From Cycas panzhihuaensis (lineage: Eukaryota > Plantae > Cycadophyta): DNA of 64,000 nt. The translations under genes were made by a program, and so were the position numbers. Position 1 is the first letter of the stretch; each line of letters begins with the position of its first letter. The notes below the pieces were generated by a model, which worked only from the letters and a program-made list of their open reading frames with translations, was not told the origin of the DNA and ran no database searches. Location: positions 186,875,741-186,939,740 of the forward strand of contig CM041465.1 of NCBI GenBank assembly GCA_023213395.1, read 5' to 3'. Below, one piece after another: positions 38,429 to 52,036 of the stretch.

Positions 38429-38861
38429 TGTGAGAATAGGTATAGGCACAATGTGACAGGATCACAAAGATAGAAAATTATAGGAAAACGGATATTGTAT
38501 ATATACACAAATTTTGCTAGGTGGAAAACCCCTTCTGGGGAAGAAAAATCACCTCCTAAAACTATGATTTTATTTTTATCTGTAACTATACAAAGACCAT
38601 AAGAATACCATCTGCGTATAACAAACCAGCCTTTGAAACAAGCTTTGAACAACCTCCTAGATTCTCGGAACCACTTCCCTGAATCTAGGAGAAGGTATTA
38701 ATAACAAGAAAGGTTCGTTGAAATGGGCAGTTGCGCATTTCAATGACCTTTCACATAATAATTAAATAATAATATTAACTCGTAACTTTAAACCTTTCAA
38801 TCACTTAAATGTTTATTTATACATGTGACACAAAATAAAACATAACAATTAAATGAAAGTA

Positions 38862-39728
<867 letters not shown>

Positions 39729-40487
39729 TCAATTAAGTCATAGCTAACCCTAGGTAGCATTAGAGGCTATCACATATACCACAAAGCAATAAGGGAGCAT
39801 TACTCTTCAAAGGGAAATAAATAATCAAAATTGATGTAATTCGACCACATCATGTCCAAATGAGTTGGAATATTAACATAGTATGTAAAATTCATAAGTA
39901 AATATTCCTACAAAATTTCATTCAGTTTAGGTTAGTTTTGATAAGTCAAATCTAGGTCTACCCAAATTTCCAATCTAGGTTTTTTCTATTGATTTTTCAT
40001 ATTAGAAATATTCAATCATAAATTACAACAAATCTACCTAGAATTAGATAAGGTATATGAAAGGAAAGTTGAAGATATTTTTATAAGATTCTATCAATAT
40101 AAATAACTCATGAAATAGAGCTACAAAATAAAAGTTATGGTAAAAACATTGACTAAATATTGTTTAGTGATGTGGAAAGCATACCACATGGACAACGAAA
40201 AATGACAAAACTCTTATAAACACCTAGATTAGTTATAATGTCTATGATGTTTGAACATGTAACATCATAATATAGAGAGTTATAACATTTCCAAATAAAT
40301 AAATAAAATAATAATTCAAAGGGTCTTTTCTCTTTTTCACTTTCTAAATACAAGTTTTGAATAAACAAGATGATTGAATTCTCATCTTTTGCCTCTACCA
40401 TAGTAAGACCAATATCTTCTAGAGAATTACAACAAATTCTTATCCACTTAGAGGATATTTTACTAACTATATACAATAATTTTAATT

Positions 40488-41051
40488 TTTATTATTCAAA
40501 CTACACATTATCGTGTAAACTTCTGCACAAATTTATCATTATCTAATGTTTTCTTTGTTGCAAAGTGATAACTTATGCTTCCTTATAGTTGACTTCAAAT
40601 TTCTCTATTATTAAGCAAGAATTTCCTCACATTTTTTATTAGCCCTCCAAACCCTAACCATAGTTTTGGATCACAACTACAATATGAAATGGCTAGTAAC
40701 AATTGAGATGGACATGATAAATTCTATTATGTATATTATATACCATAGAAGTACTATAATTTATATTACTTTATTATTCAAATTACACATTATCATATAA
40801 AATTATGCACAAATTTGTCATTATCTAATGTTTCCTTAATTACAAAGTGATAACGTGTGCTTCCTTATAGTTGACTTCAAATTTCTCTATTATTAAGCAA
40901 GAATTTCCTCACATTTTTTATTATCCCTCTAAACCCTAACCATAATTTTGGATCACAACTACAATAGGAAATGGCTAGTAACATTTAAGATGGACATGCT
41001 TAATTCTATTATGTATATTATGTACCATAGAAGTACTACAATTTATATTAC
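40488..41051. repeat. Tandem duplication, 2 x 282 bp
   Basis: 40488-40769 and 40770-41051 both run TTTATTATTCAAA...AATTTATATTAC with high identity. Confidence 0.93.
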
Positions 41052-42779
41052 TTGGAACTAAGTACTTCTTGGTTGATTTAACCATGTTTTGTAATAAGAT
41101 TTGGGTCTCCACTCCATATATTTTTTATTATGGATCTCAGCAATGAAATTATAACCTAGCAAACCTTAACACCCGTGCAATGCCTAAATATGATAAAGAC
41201 CATAAATTAAGGTTAGTTTAATTAGAGTGGTTAATTTTAGTTATGAGATGCTCTTCTAGTTTCTTATAATTAACTTTTAGCTAAAATGTGCTAATTTTCC
41301 TAAACTACTCCCACATAAATTTTCTTGCAAAAATCTTACATCTTAAAAGAAGAAATAGGGCACACTCTATTACACATGTACATATTTACTCATTTTGAGT
41401 TTTGTAATACAAAGAACATAATTTAGGTTTCTAAATCCTTTTGCAAGCATAACTTCTTTAGTATGTATAGCATGTTTATTTGTGAGTACAACAAGTTTGA
41501 GGTTGTTAATGGACTCCAATAACTCCAACACAATCCTTTTCAAAATATTATAGAGAGGACACAATATCTAAAAGCTAAGTTCTTCTATTATGGACCAATG
41601 CACTAGATTTTTATGTTCTTATCATACCATATATAATAAAAAAATACTTGAGTGATGATCACGAGAATGCAATCCATAAAAGGATGCTTAATGAATGGGT
41701 TGTAGGAATGAAACCCATAAAAGAACATCAATAGAATAAAAGTAGAACAAGTATGGAATAACATATGTAAAGAAGCATAAATGGAATGGCTCCAAAATGC
41801 TAACATAACTAGTATAGAATGACACATGTAACAAAACAACTCCATAATAGCACACATAGTGGAACAACTATAGAAACAACATCCATAGTGATGCCGATCG
41901 ATTATTCCTAAATTTTGTCATCACCCTTAGGACTCATATGTTGGAATCTAAGCACCATCACCTCCCCTATAACATATCAAATAGTATCATGACTCCCTGA
42001 CTACATAGCAATTGGTATTAAAACTCCCATCATCTCCCTTCCTACCCATCAGTTGATATCAAAACTTATGATCAAGCCTAGTTTATAAAGCTTTATATTT
42101 ATTTGCTTCTCCACTTTCTCTATTGCACACCATGTCATATTTTTAAAAAATGTACTTTTTAATGAAGAGGTGGAAGAAGCCACTATAGGAAGTATTATAG
42201 ATTCATAGTTAATAATTTTAAAACACCTCTGAGAACAAAGGTAAGTTCAATCACAAATAATGAGCAATGTGATGTTGATCTTTTACCAAATGATGAATTA
42301 GTAGGGAACCATCCTCAATGCCATTCCCCTCCCAACAACCATTGTTCAAATTGAATGCTAAAACCACCATCAAAGAAAAGACCAAGGAGGAATTGGAGTG
42401 CATAGAGGTAGCCAAAGCATATGCCAAGGATAATAATAAAGCCCAAGCATCTCCAAAATTATTTTCAAAATAGTATTCCTCCTTAAAGCAATAACAATAG
42501 CAATATCTTGAGTTTCCTTTCCAATCCCCTTAAGTATCTTCAATATAGGGCCTCTACCACATTTATGAGCAGTTGTCAAAACTATTAATGCCCCTACTTT
42601 TATAGCACCCTATTACTTTATAATTTCAATTCTCTAAATGATTATGTCACCAATACTACTATAGTTATAATTACACAAGTAGGAGTAGCATCTACTTTAA
42701 CAATAAACCACAACACCATCATTACTAGGGTAAATGGTGCCTTCTACTCTATTGCTTATCCCATAGGAGATTATTGATA

Positions 42780-45700
42780 TATTAGAGAAATAATAATATT
42801 TTATCTTTTAATAATATTTTATCTTTTACTCTTAGAGTTTCCTAAGGTAAAGTTGAGGGTTATATGTCCAACCCCTCTTTAATATACCTATGACACTTGG
42901 CCAACATGTATTGGACCTTATATGTACATATGATGTATTTACATAAGAGATTTTCTCTCCTCATTAATGCATTAAATCATTGTCTTCTTAATTCAATGAT
43001 TATTCTAACATGGTATCATAGCAAGTTTGAAGAGTCTAAGCTTGAGTCTATCTAGAGTTGAATTTTGAAAGAGGGAACTTTGAGAAATTGAATTAAAGGA
43101 AAGTTTTACTAAGAAGAAAAGGACATAGTATAACTAAAAGGATATTGGTATGACTTGGTACAAAACTATACAGACTTTTTGAAAGTGCTCAAATTTGGAT
43201 AAAAATTAGAGGAAAAATTCATCTTGATTAGTAGAGTAATCCATTCTAATAGCTCGAACTCATATTTGTGATGGATAAGCAGAAAAATATAGATTTACAA
43301 GGGGTGTCCATTCAATAATTCTACTGTAGATTTCTCTCAATTTTCTTAATATCTCTAGGTAAAATCAGACTTAAAATCTTCATGTCATCAATACAATTCA
43401 TTTATCTGTGAGTTTGAAGATTTCCACTAAGAATTTCATAAGTTATAAGTATTTTTCTATTCAAAAATCCTAAATGGTCATATAAATTCAAGGATTTTTT
43501 TGGAGAATTCAAAAGGAATTTCAAAAAAATAATCGTAAAACTTTAAGGCCCTAATTATCATCTTTCTTTTGGGACCACTTTCATTCAATTTTGTTTAACT
43601 ATACTTTTTTGTATAGATCTGTATAGTCATATGGTCATACAACCAGAACATAGTTAAACTACTCTCTTCGATTCATGCATTCTAAATATTGAATATTTCT
43701 TCAAAATGGCTTTTTTTTTCTCCCTTAGTGAAGCAAATAAACTCAATGGTCAAAATTATAGCATATAGAAAGTGAAAATATAGGGTTTATTAATAGAAGA
43801 AAATGCCTAAGAGATAGTGGTAGGTAAAGAAACCAAACCCACTGATATAGTTGACATGATTAATTGGGAAGAAAGAGATAGAGTGGCCATGTCTACAATT
43901 ATATTATTCATAGAAGATACCTTAATGAGTTACATAGACTTTGTCGCCTCTTCATCACAAGCCTAGAAAATTCTAACCTCATTATACATTCAGAAAAATG
44001 AGGCACAGATTATTTTACTTAGAGAAGAATTATATAAAGTCAAACTCAAGGAGGGAGAAGAAGTGTCAGACTTTATAACCAAGATTATTGAAATAAAAAA
44101 TGACTTAGTTTTTATAGGAGAAACGTTAACAAACTCTGAACTTATTTATTTAATTATAAACAAATAGCCAAAATCTTTTGACACCATGGTAAATACACTT
44201 ATCATAGGAGGACATACTATAAATATATCATTTGGTACCTTAACAAGTCATATGTTGCAATAAGATTAAAGGAACAAGAGATATAAAGAAGAGACAAGCA
44301 TCGAAGAAGTATTTGTATTCAAGCTAAGTCTAGAAGATAGAGGACAATCTAGAAACACAATGAAAGTATGAGGTAAGAATACTAGAGAATGGGCTAGATT
44401 TCTAACTAGATCATCTTGGTCTCTAAAAGGACATGGAAGAGGTCCTTGGAGATTATAAGGAAGAGTCAGACCAAGAGAAACTAGAGAATGTTTTTATTGT
44501 GGAAGGTATGGTCACTTGTCTAGTAAATGTAGGATGCAGAATTTACAAAATTGTTATTATTATGGAAAAATATGACACTTCTAAAATCGTTGCTCATAGA
44601 AGCAAGAAGCCACCCAAAGAGGGAAGAGAGTAAAAAGAAATTACATCCAAGAGTAGGAAGAAGACGAGAAAGAAACTTCATTCATCACAACTCTTTTTGT
44701 ATGCCCCAACAAAGATGAAGACTAGTAGATAGATTTAGGAGTGTCAAATCATATGATGGGTAAGAAAGAATGGTTTGAAAGACTGTGGCCATAATTCATT
44801 TGCAAAATTATAAAACTTAATAATAACTTTCCTCTACAAATCAAATGGAAAGATACTGTTGCTATCCTAATTCATAAGAAAATCAAGAAAATTGGAGAAA
44901 TTCTATATGTACCTAGTCTAAAAGGAAATCTTCTATATATATCCTAATAGGAAAAAAAGATTCCTAATCATCTTTAATGTAGATGGGAGCTACCATATTT
45001 ATGACATGAAAAAAATTAGAGTTGTAATAGCAAAAGGAGTTGAAATCATAATCTCTATAAGCTTATTTCAACACTTCTTTTGTCTAATTCTTTTATAAAA
45101 TCCTTTGTTGTTAATAGTACTACTAATGAAATTTAGCATTTTAAGCATGGACATATTGTAAAAAGAAGATTAAAATTATTTAAAATTTTTAATATAGTGG
45201 ATGATCTACTTGATATATCTTTTGAGTCCTTTATTTACAAAAAATATATGATGGGTAATAATCATTAAATTCTTTTTCAATAAAGCATATGGAAATCATA
45301 CAAAAAATTAAAATTAATTCATACAGATTTGTACGGACCAATAATATTGGGAAACACAAATGAAACCAAAGGTCGACAGGATCTTCTATATCAAGCAGAT
45401 CAGAGTACAAATCACATACAAGGGACACCAGATTGTCGTGGGAAACCCTTACATATGAAAACCCACCAAATAATATTAATCACATTTTTGACAATCTAAT
45501 GTTATTCATAATTTAGACTTTGATCTATATTTAGAGATCTAAAATGCCCAAATATAATTACAATTACATATGTTGGCTCACCTATATCAAGAATATTCTC
45601 CCTACATATTAGGCACATAAATAGGTTCCAACATCCCCTCTTAATATAAACGTGAGTTAACAAGATTTATCTTTGGGAATAGATCCCCTCTAAAGGATAA

Positions 45701-48700
45701 CCTTACCCAATGTGCATGAATGTCGATATAGCGATCTTCAATTTGAGCTTGGTAAATACATCCACAAGTCAATCTTGACTTGGATAATCTTCAACTTGCA
45801 TCTTCCTTGATTTGATCTTCTCTCAGATGTAATGGCGCTATACCTCGTATGTGCTCAATTCTTTGGATGTAACTCTAAAAATCCTAGCAACCATACAAAT
45901 CTCTCTATACCTAACACTTCGCACATACAACTCATCCATATTCCTTTGACTGAACCAAGAGGTTGAATTACTTAAGCCATGTGAATCTCCTCTTCAAGTC
46001 TCTATTAAGGAACGTTAATATCTCATTCATTTGATATGACGCCCAACTATCTAAAGCTACTAAAAGCAAGGATCAAACGAACCAATAACATAGAGACTGG
46101 TGCAAAAGTCTCATCATACCTAGATCCTTTTTTTGCTAGATATCCTATATAACAAGCTTTAAAATTGTAAAGTGATTAGGTTCTTGAGAGAGAAAATAGA
46201 CCCAAATTCCATATATCACTCTCCATCAATGTAGCTCTCCATTGTGAATCTCATCTCATTGGAATATTGGTGTCTATCACTAGCTTTGGTTGGCATGTTA
46301 ATACTTGATCTCCAATCATCATATAGGTCTTCAATCGTCAATGGAACATGGGGTTATAATCCATATCTCTTCATCTAATAGCTCCTCATCATCAATCTTC
46401 AACTAGGTCCTGCTTCTGTCTCAAACATAATGTTAGACAAACAAACCTCCACACCTATTGAATCATGGCTCAAAAAGGAGAAGAAATGAAAGATAAAACC
46501 TATAATCATATGACACTCATCATTATACATTATAACTCTTTAAACTAACATCTAAACTAATCACAATACATTCCCCTTTATAGATCACATTGTTTATAAG
46601 CTAAACAACCCCATAGGCTTCAAACTCTTACAATTCTACTACTGTGATCTTCGTATAAGATGTATGCACTCCAATGTACTCAAGGAACAAATGGAAGGCT
46701 TCTGACTGGTCCAAACACATAACTAGAGGGAACATATGCCATGAATAGTTACAACAAGGGATCCTAATACTTATTCGTTATAGCTTCTACTATAAATCTA
46801 TGGGAGACAAACACTAACCTACACCGACCTCATCATCTACATCATGGTACCTACTACAATGCAACCTTACAGGATAATTATATTATAACATGATAAATGC
46901 ATAACTAATTTTAAGGTATCTCATCATAGACCTTTCCATTTACACTTGAAATTTTATCTAACACACTATCTTGGTTCCATATCAGACTTATTTAGATATG
47001 CACACATGTTAAACCTACATCAAAACATGCCACAAACCCTTATGTTATCATTAATCCAACTAACCAATGTATAACAGTCCATCATAATTGAAAATCGCTC
47101 ATACAAGCAAATTTTAAACTTCATATCACCTTATATACATCAAATGCAATAGAATTTGAATATAATATGAATAAACACACTCATTTGAGTGAATAAATCA
47201 CATAAATATGAACATGTGTAATGATCTATGCCACACTGACCACAGTAATAGAGTTTGCAATACTTGTAGCTAAGGTATCTCACTATTCTCGCCCTCTTCT
47301 TCACCCTCAAACTTGCCTAATTAACTTGTCATGTAACTCACATGCAATAAATATACCTTTGCCTCATCTCACCTTATCATGTCCTCTTCTTCGTCCAAAA
47401 AGCTCCTTCATGCAAATCACATTCTAAGGAGCACCATGTTGCCACATCTCGCCCATAACTCTGCCATGTATTCACATGGAATAAGAGTTCACAATCGGCT
47501 TATATCCCCATCATTACTGTCAACGAAGTGTGCCTAATGCACTCTCTTCACCTCAAATTACCAATTAGTATGTCACCAAGACTGCATCTAAGACTCTCAC
47601 ATTGCCATAACTTAATGTCACCTCACATCACTAATAATCCTCAGTCTGGTCACTTAATATTAGTAGATATCAAAATATTTCAAGCCTTAATTATCTCAAT
47701 ATTGATCCCTTCAAAAAAAACCTCAAAACTATAAGGTTGATAGACCTTAAGAAAAGCTCCTTAAATAAAGGTAACCGTATAACCTTTATCTAATCAAACT
47801 AGGCACATATTTAACAAAATATTTGATATCAAACTATCATTTATAAAGTCACAAATACGATGAATATAAAGAATGACTTTATAAAGAAAAAGTGGCAAAC
47901 AAAATTATTCACTAACGACATATATATTAAAGGGCAACATAGGTTAAATATCAAATGACGAATTAGATTTATCACAGGTGAAAAAAAAATAAACGACAAT
48001 GTAATATATATGACTGCAAGTATATCATGGGTGATATCAACTAATTAATGATATACATTAGCAATTGTATAAATAAATAAATGACTGATAGGATGATAAT
48101 ATATAAAGAGCGGCATCAAATTTATCACAGTTACAAGTAAAAAATATAAACATGTAGGTCATAAAATCAACATAGGCGATGGCAATATATTTATTAATAG
48201 GTGGACATAGGACAAAGTATAAATATGCAGGTTGGCGAATACTATAAAATACATGTATGATGCAAAGGAAAAAAAAAACATCACACAACTGACAAAAATA
48301 TTAACACACAGGTGTGACATAGTGTTAAATAAAATATGGTTGTTGAAATATCAGGTGATTTCATAAATATTAAGATGATAGTAACAGCTACGACTTGATT
48401 ACAACATCCCTATATACATTAATGGCCACATCATAAAATATATTTCACCAAATATATTATATATGATATCATGTACATCACGGCTGCTAATTAAACGAGG
48501 GCATTTAAATCAAATTATTAATGCATATCTTGTATAAGAGCATACCTCATATTATTAGCCATATTAAATCATTGATGGACCTGTAATTGCCTCACAAGAG
48601 TTTTGCACTCTTCCACTAATCAATAGAGGGCTGGTAAATGTCTGAAATAGGGTGCACAGCTTCACTCAACACACTGGCAATCTCAAACACTTTCAAAACT

Positions 48701-51700
48701 AGATAAACACACCTCTAGGGCTTTGTAAACTTAATGGCACTTTCAAATAAGGATCTGGCACCTTCAACAAGCTCAAACGAGGCTCAAATAGCTGGCAACA
48801 GAGTAACCACTCGTTCACACACCTCCATAGAGCTTAGAATGTATGTAAACAAAGACAGAAGGCTTCTGGGACCTCCAACAATCATACGCATCTCCATAAC
48901 ACTTCTGTAGGGTTGTCAGATAAGCCAATCCACTCAGGGCAAGCCAACATGGCCTAGTACCAATGATTGGATACTCTAAACAATAATACGCTACTTGTGC
49001 ATGACCTATAAGCTTTGATACCATGTTGAAAAATATAAATAAAAGCAAAGGTCAATAGGATCTTTCACATCAAGCAGATTACAGTAGAAATCATGCATAT
49101 GGGATACCAGATTGTGGTGGGAAACCCTTATGGGTGAAAATCCATGAAATAATATTAATTATATTTTTGGCAATCTAATATTATACATAGTTCAGACTTC
49201 GATCTATATTTATAGATCTAAAATGCCTAAATATAATGATAATTACATCCATTAACTCACCCATATTGAAAATATTCCATCTGTATATTAGGCCCATAAA
49301 TAGGCCCACTTTACATTAATTGGTATATTAACATATTCTAGCAAATAACACCAAATTCAATAAATGAAATTAGGTACTTTCTAACATTCATCAATGATTT
49401 CTCCAAAAGAAACTGGGGTTTATTTTCTCTCTAGTAAATTGGAAGTCTTAGATTACTTCAAAGAATCACATGTTAAATTAGAAAGTGAATACAAGATCAA
49501 GATTCTTTGATTTGACGAAGGAGAGGAATATAATTCAAGAAACTTCTGTTAGTTTTATAAAATAAATGGGATACATAAATACTAATAACTCTATATACAC
49601 CACAATCAAATAGAGTGGTTGAATGTATGAATAGAACAGTTATGGAGATGGCATAAAGCATAATAAGAGAAAAATCATTGACAAAAATATATTGGGCAAA
49701 AGTAATTAACATGACAATCTATCTTATTAATAGAATCCTAACACAAGCTTTGGGTAAGATAACTCTTAAAGAATTATAAACTGGTTGAAGACTAAATGTA
49801 AGTCATCATAAAATTTTTGAAAGTAAAGCATATGTTCACATTCCTGACAATAAAAGAAAAAAGTATAGAATATATAATGATTTGAAATAATAACCAATTC
49901 AAAGCATATAGATGCATAGATCCGAAAACAAATAGGATCTATGTTAGTAGGGATGTAATTTTTAATGAACTGGTAAATCAAAAAGAAATTAGAGATTACC
50001 TATAAATTAAAAGAGACACACAGATATATGTACTGATTAAAGAAGTATTTAGAGTCACTATTACAAAAAAAGATACATTATATAGTGAGCTACAAGAAGA
50101 TAACATCCTAAAACAACCTTAATTGATTGAAGAAAAGTAAAACATTTTTAAAGAAGATCAAATTTCTTCTCAGGATAGCGGCCATAAATCTTCAAGGAAA
50201 TTACCTAAGTGGAACATTAAAACTCTTGGAGATTCTAAAGGGAATATTTTTACTAAAGAACTAGGTCATAGAAACATCAAAGCTTATTGTGATATGTTGA
50301 ACCATAGAATTATTCATAAACTTATGGTCATCCTAAATACAAGGAAGCCATGGATGCAAAAATTAATAGCATCAAAAGGAATAAGACCTAAAAATTAATG
50401 GATGCACCCAAAAATAAACCCATTATTTTTTACAAATGGATTTATAAAATAAAGGAGAAGTCAGATGACACTGTTAAAAGGTACCAAGCAAGATTGATTG
50501 TAAAAGGTTATACTCAAATAGAAGGAATAAAGTATGAGGAAACCTTCTTGCCAATAACTGAATTAATTATTATACTTATAGTAATAGCTATGGCAACCCA
50601 ATTTAAATGGAAAGTCATACAACTTGAAGTCAAAAGTATTTTTTTCAATGGAGATTTAACTGAAGAAGTTTACATATATCAACCAATGGGATATGTTAAA
50701 AAGGGCGAGGAGCATCTCATCTATAAATTGAAAAAGGCTTTATATGGACTGAAATAGGTACCTAGATCATGATATACAAAACTGGATCAACATCTACAAC
50801 AAATAGGTTTTTCTAGAAGTGACTCAGAACTTAGTCTTTACATCAAAATGAATAAAGATAATTTAATAACTATCATTGTAGTCTATATAGGTGACATGAT
50901 AGTTACAAGAAACAATGATAAAATAATCTGATAAGTCCTACAAATGGAAGATCAATTTAAAATGATAGATATGGGTTTACTTTATTATTATTTAGATCTT
51001 AAAATCAACCAACAAAAAGAATCTATTTTCATATCCCAAAAAAAATATGTCAAAACAACTACTTCAAAGATTCAAAATGGAATACTGCAATAGTAGTGCT
51101 ACTCTAATAAAAATTGGTTACATTCTAAATACTGATGATGATGGTCAAACTATAAATAGAACATTGTATAAACAATTGATAGGTAGTATTATCTACCTCA
51201 TAGCCACAAGACTAGGTATTTCATACATAATGTGAGTTGTATCTAGATATATGCAATATCCAAAATTATCCCACTGAAATATTGTTAAAAGAATTCTCAT
51301 ACAAATTAAAGGAGCTCAAATAATAGGTCTCAATTATACTCAAGCCTCAAATTTTCAGTTAATTAGGTATAGTGATTCAAATTGAGTAGAAGATAAGCAA
51401 GAAAGAAAGTCTACCATAGGATATTACTTCTTACTTAGATCTATAGTCATTTCCTTGAGTAGCAAGAAACAGTCTACAATAGTTATATCATCCACTGAAG
51501 TAGAATACAAAGCAATCGTTAGTGCAATTTGCCAAGAAATATGGTTTAGACAAATACTCAAGGATTTGAAGCAAAATAAGATCAACCTACATCCATTTTT
51601 TGTGATAACCAAAGTGTTATCAAATTAACAAAGAACCCAGTATATTGGAGTTCACCATCGCTTCATCAAAAAAAAAGTTCAAAGTAAAGAAATAGACTTA

Positions 51701-52036
51701 TTATACTACAGTAGTAAGAAATAGCTTGATGATATTTTCATCAAAGCACTTCCAAAAGATAAATTCCAATATCTTAGACAACTACTTAGTGTTGAAAATA
51801 AAAGATAAAACATTAAGATAAGGTATTAGAGAAATAATTGTGTTCTATCTTTTATTCCCAAAGTCTCCTAAAGTAAAGTTAAGGGTTATATGTTCAACCC
51901 TTTTTTAATGTACTTGTGACACTTGGCCAACATGCATTGGGATTTCTATGTACACATGATATATTTATATGAGAGATTTTCTTTCCTTATTAATGCATTA
52001 AATCATTGTTTTCTCAATTCAATAATTGTTGTGACA
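42780..52036 (+). mobile_element. Ty1/copia element H (A/F lineage); hosts element I
   Basis: LTRs 42780-43010 and 51824-52036; PBS TGGTATCATAGC at 43011-43022; PPT remnant 51815-51823; TSD TGATA/TAATA. Degraded gag-pol at 43706-45344 and 49349-~51810. Confidence 0.93.
45345..49343 (-). mobile_element. Internally deleted Ty1/copia element I, inserted in the integrase of H
   Basis: LTRs 45345-45633 and 49024-49343; perfect TSD AATAA (45340-45344 / 49344-49348), whose removal restores the host peptide GPI|TPNS; PBS rc at 49012-49023; PPT rc at 45634-45642; remnants YDETFAPV and DVFTK. Confidence 0.93.

Larger units (their letters stand above)
33296..38860 (-). mobile_element. 3'-truncated Ty1/copia element G with captured host-gene fragments in its leader
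   Basis: PBS rc ACTCTGATACTA at 38417-38428, then LTR-like sequence from TG at 38429 with a GTGGAAAACCC..AAAAATCAC motif. ~2.4 kb leader. Gag-PR-INT at 36006-33296. RT, RNase H and 3' LTR absent. Distal LTR end unresolved. Confidence 0.8.

Noticed and set aside
48815-49048. 77-aa ORF spanning the PBS of element I
   Set aside because: It crosses the LTR/PBS junction and has no recognisable homology; likely chance.
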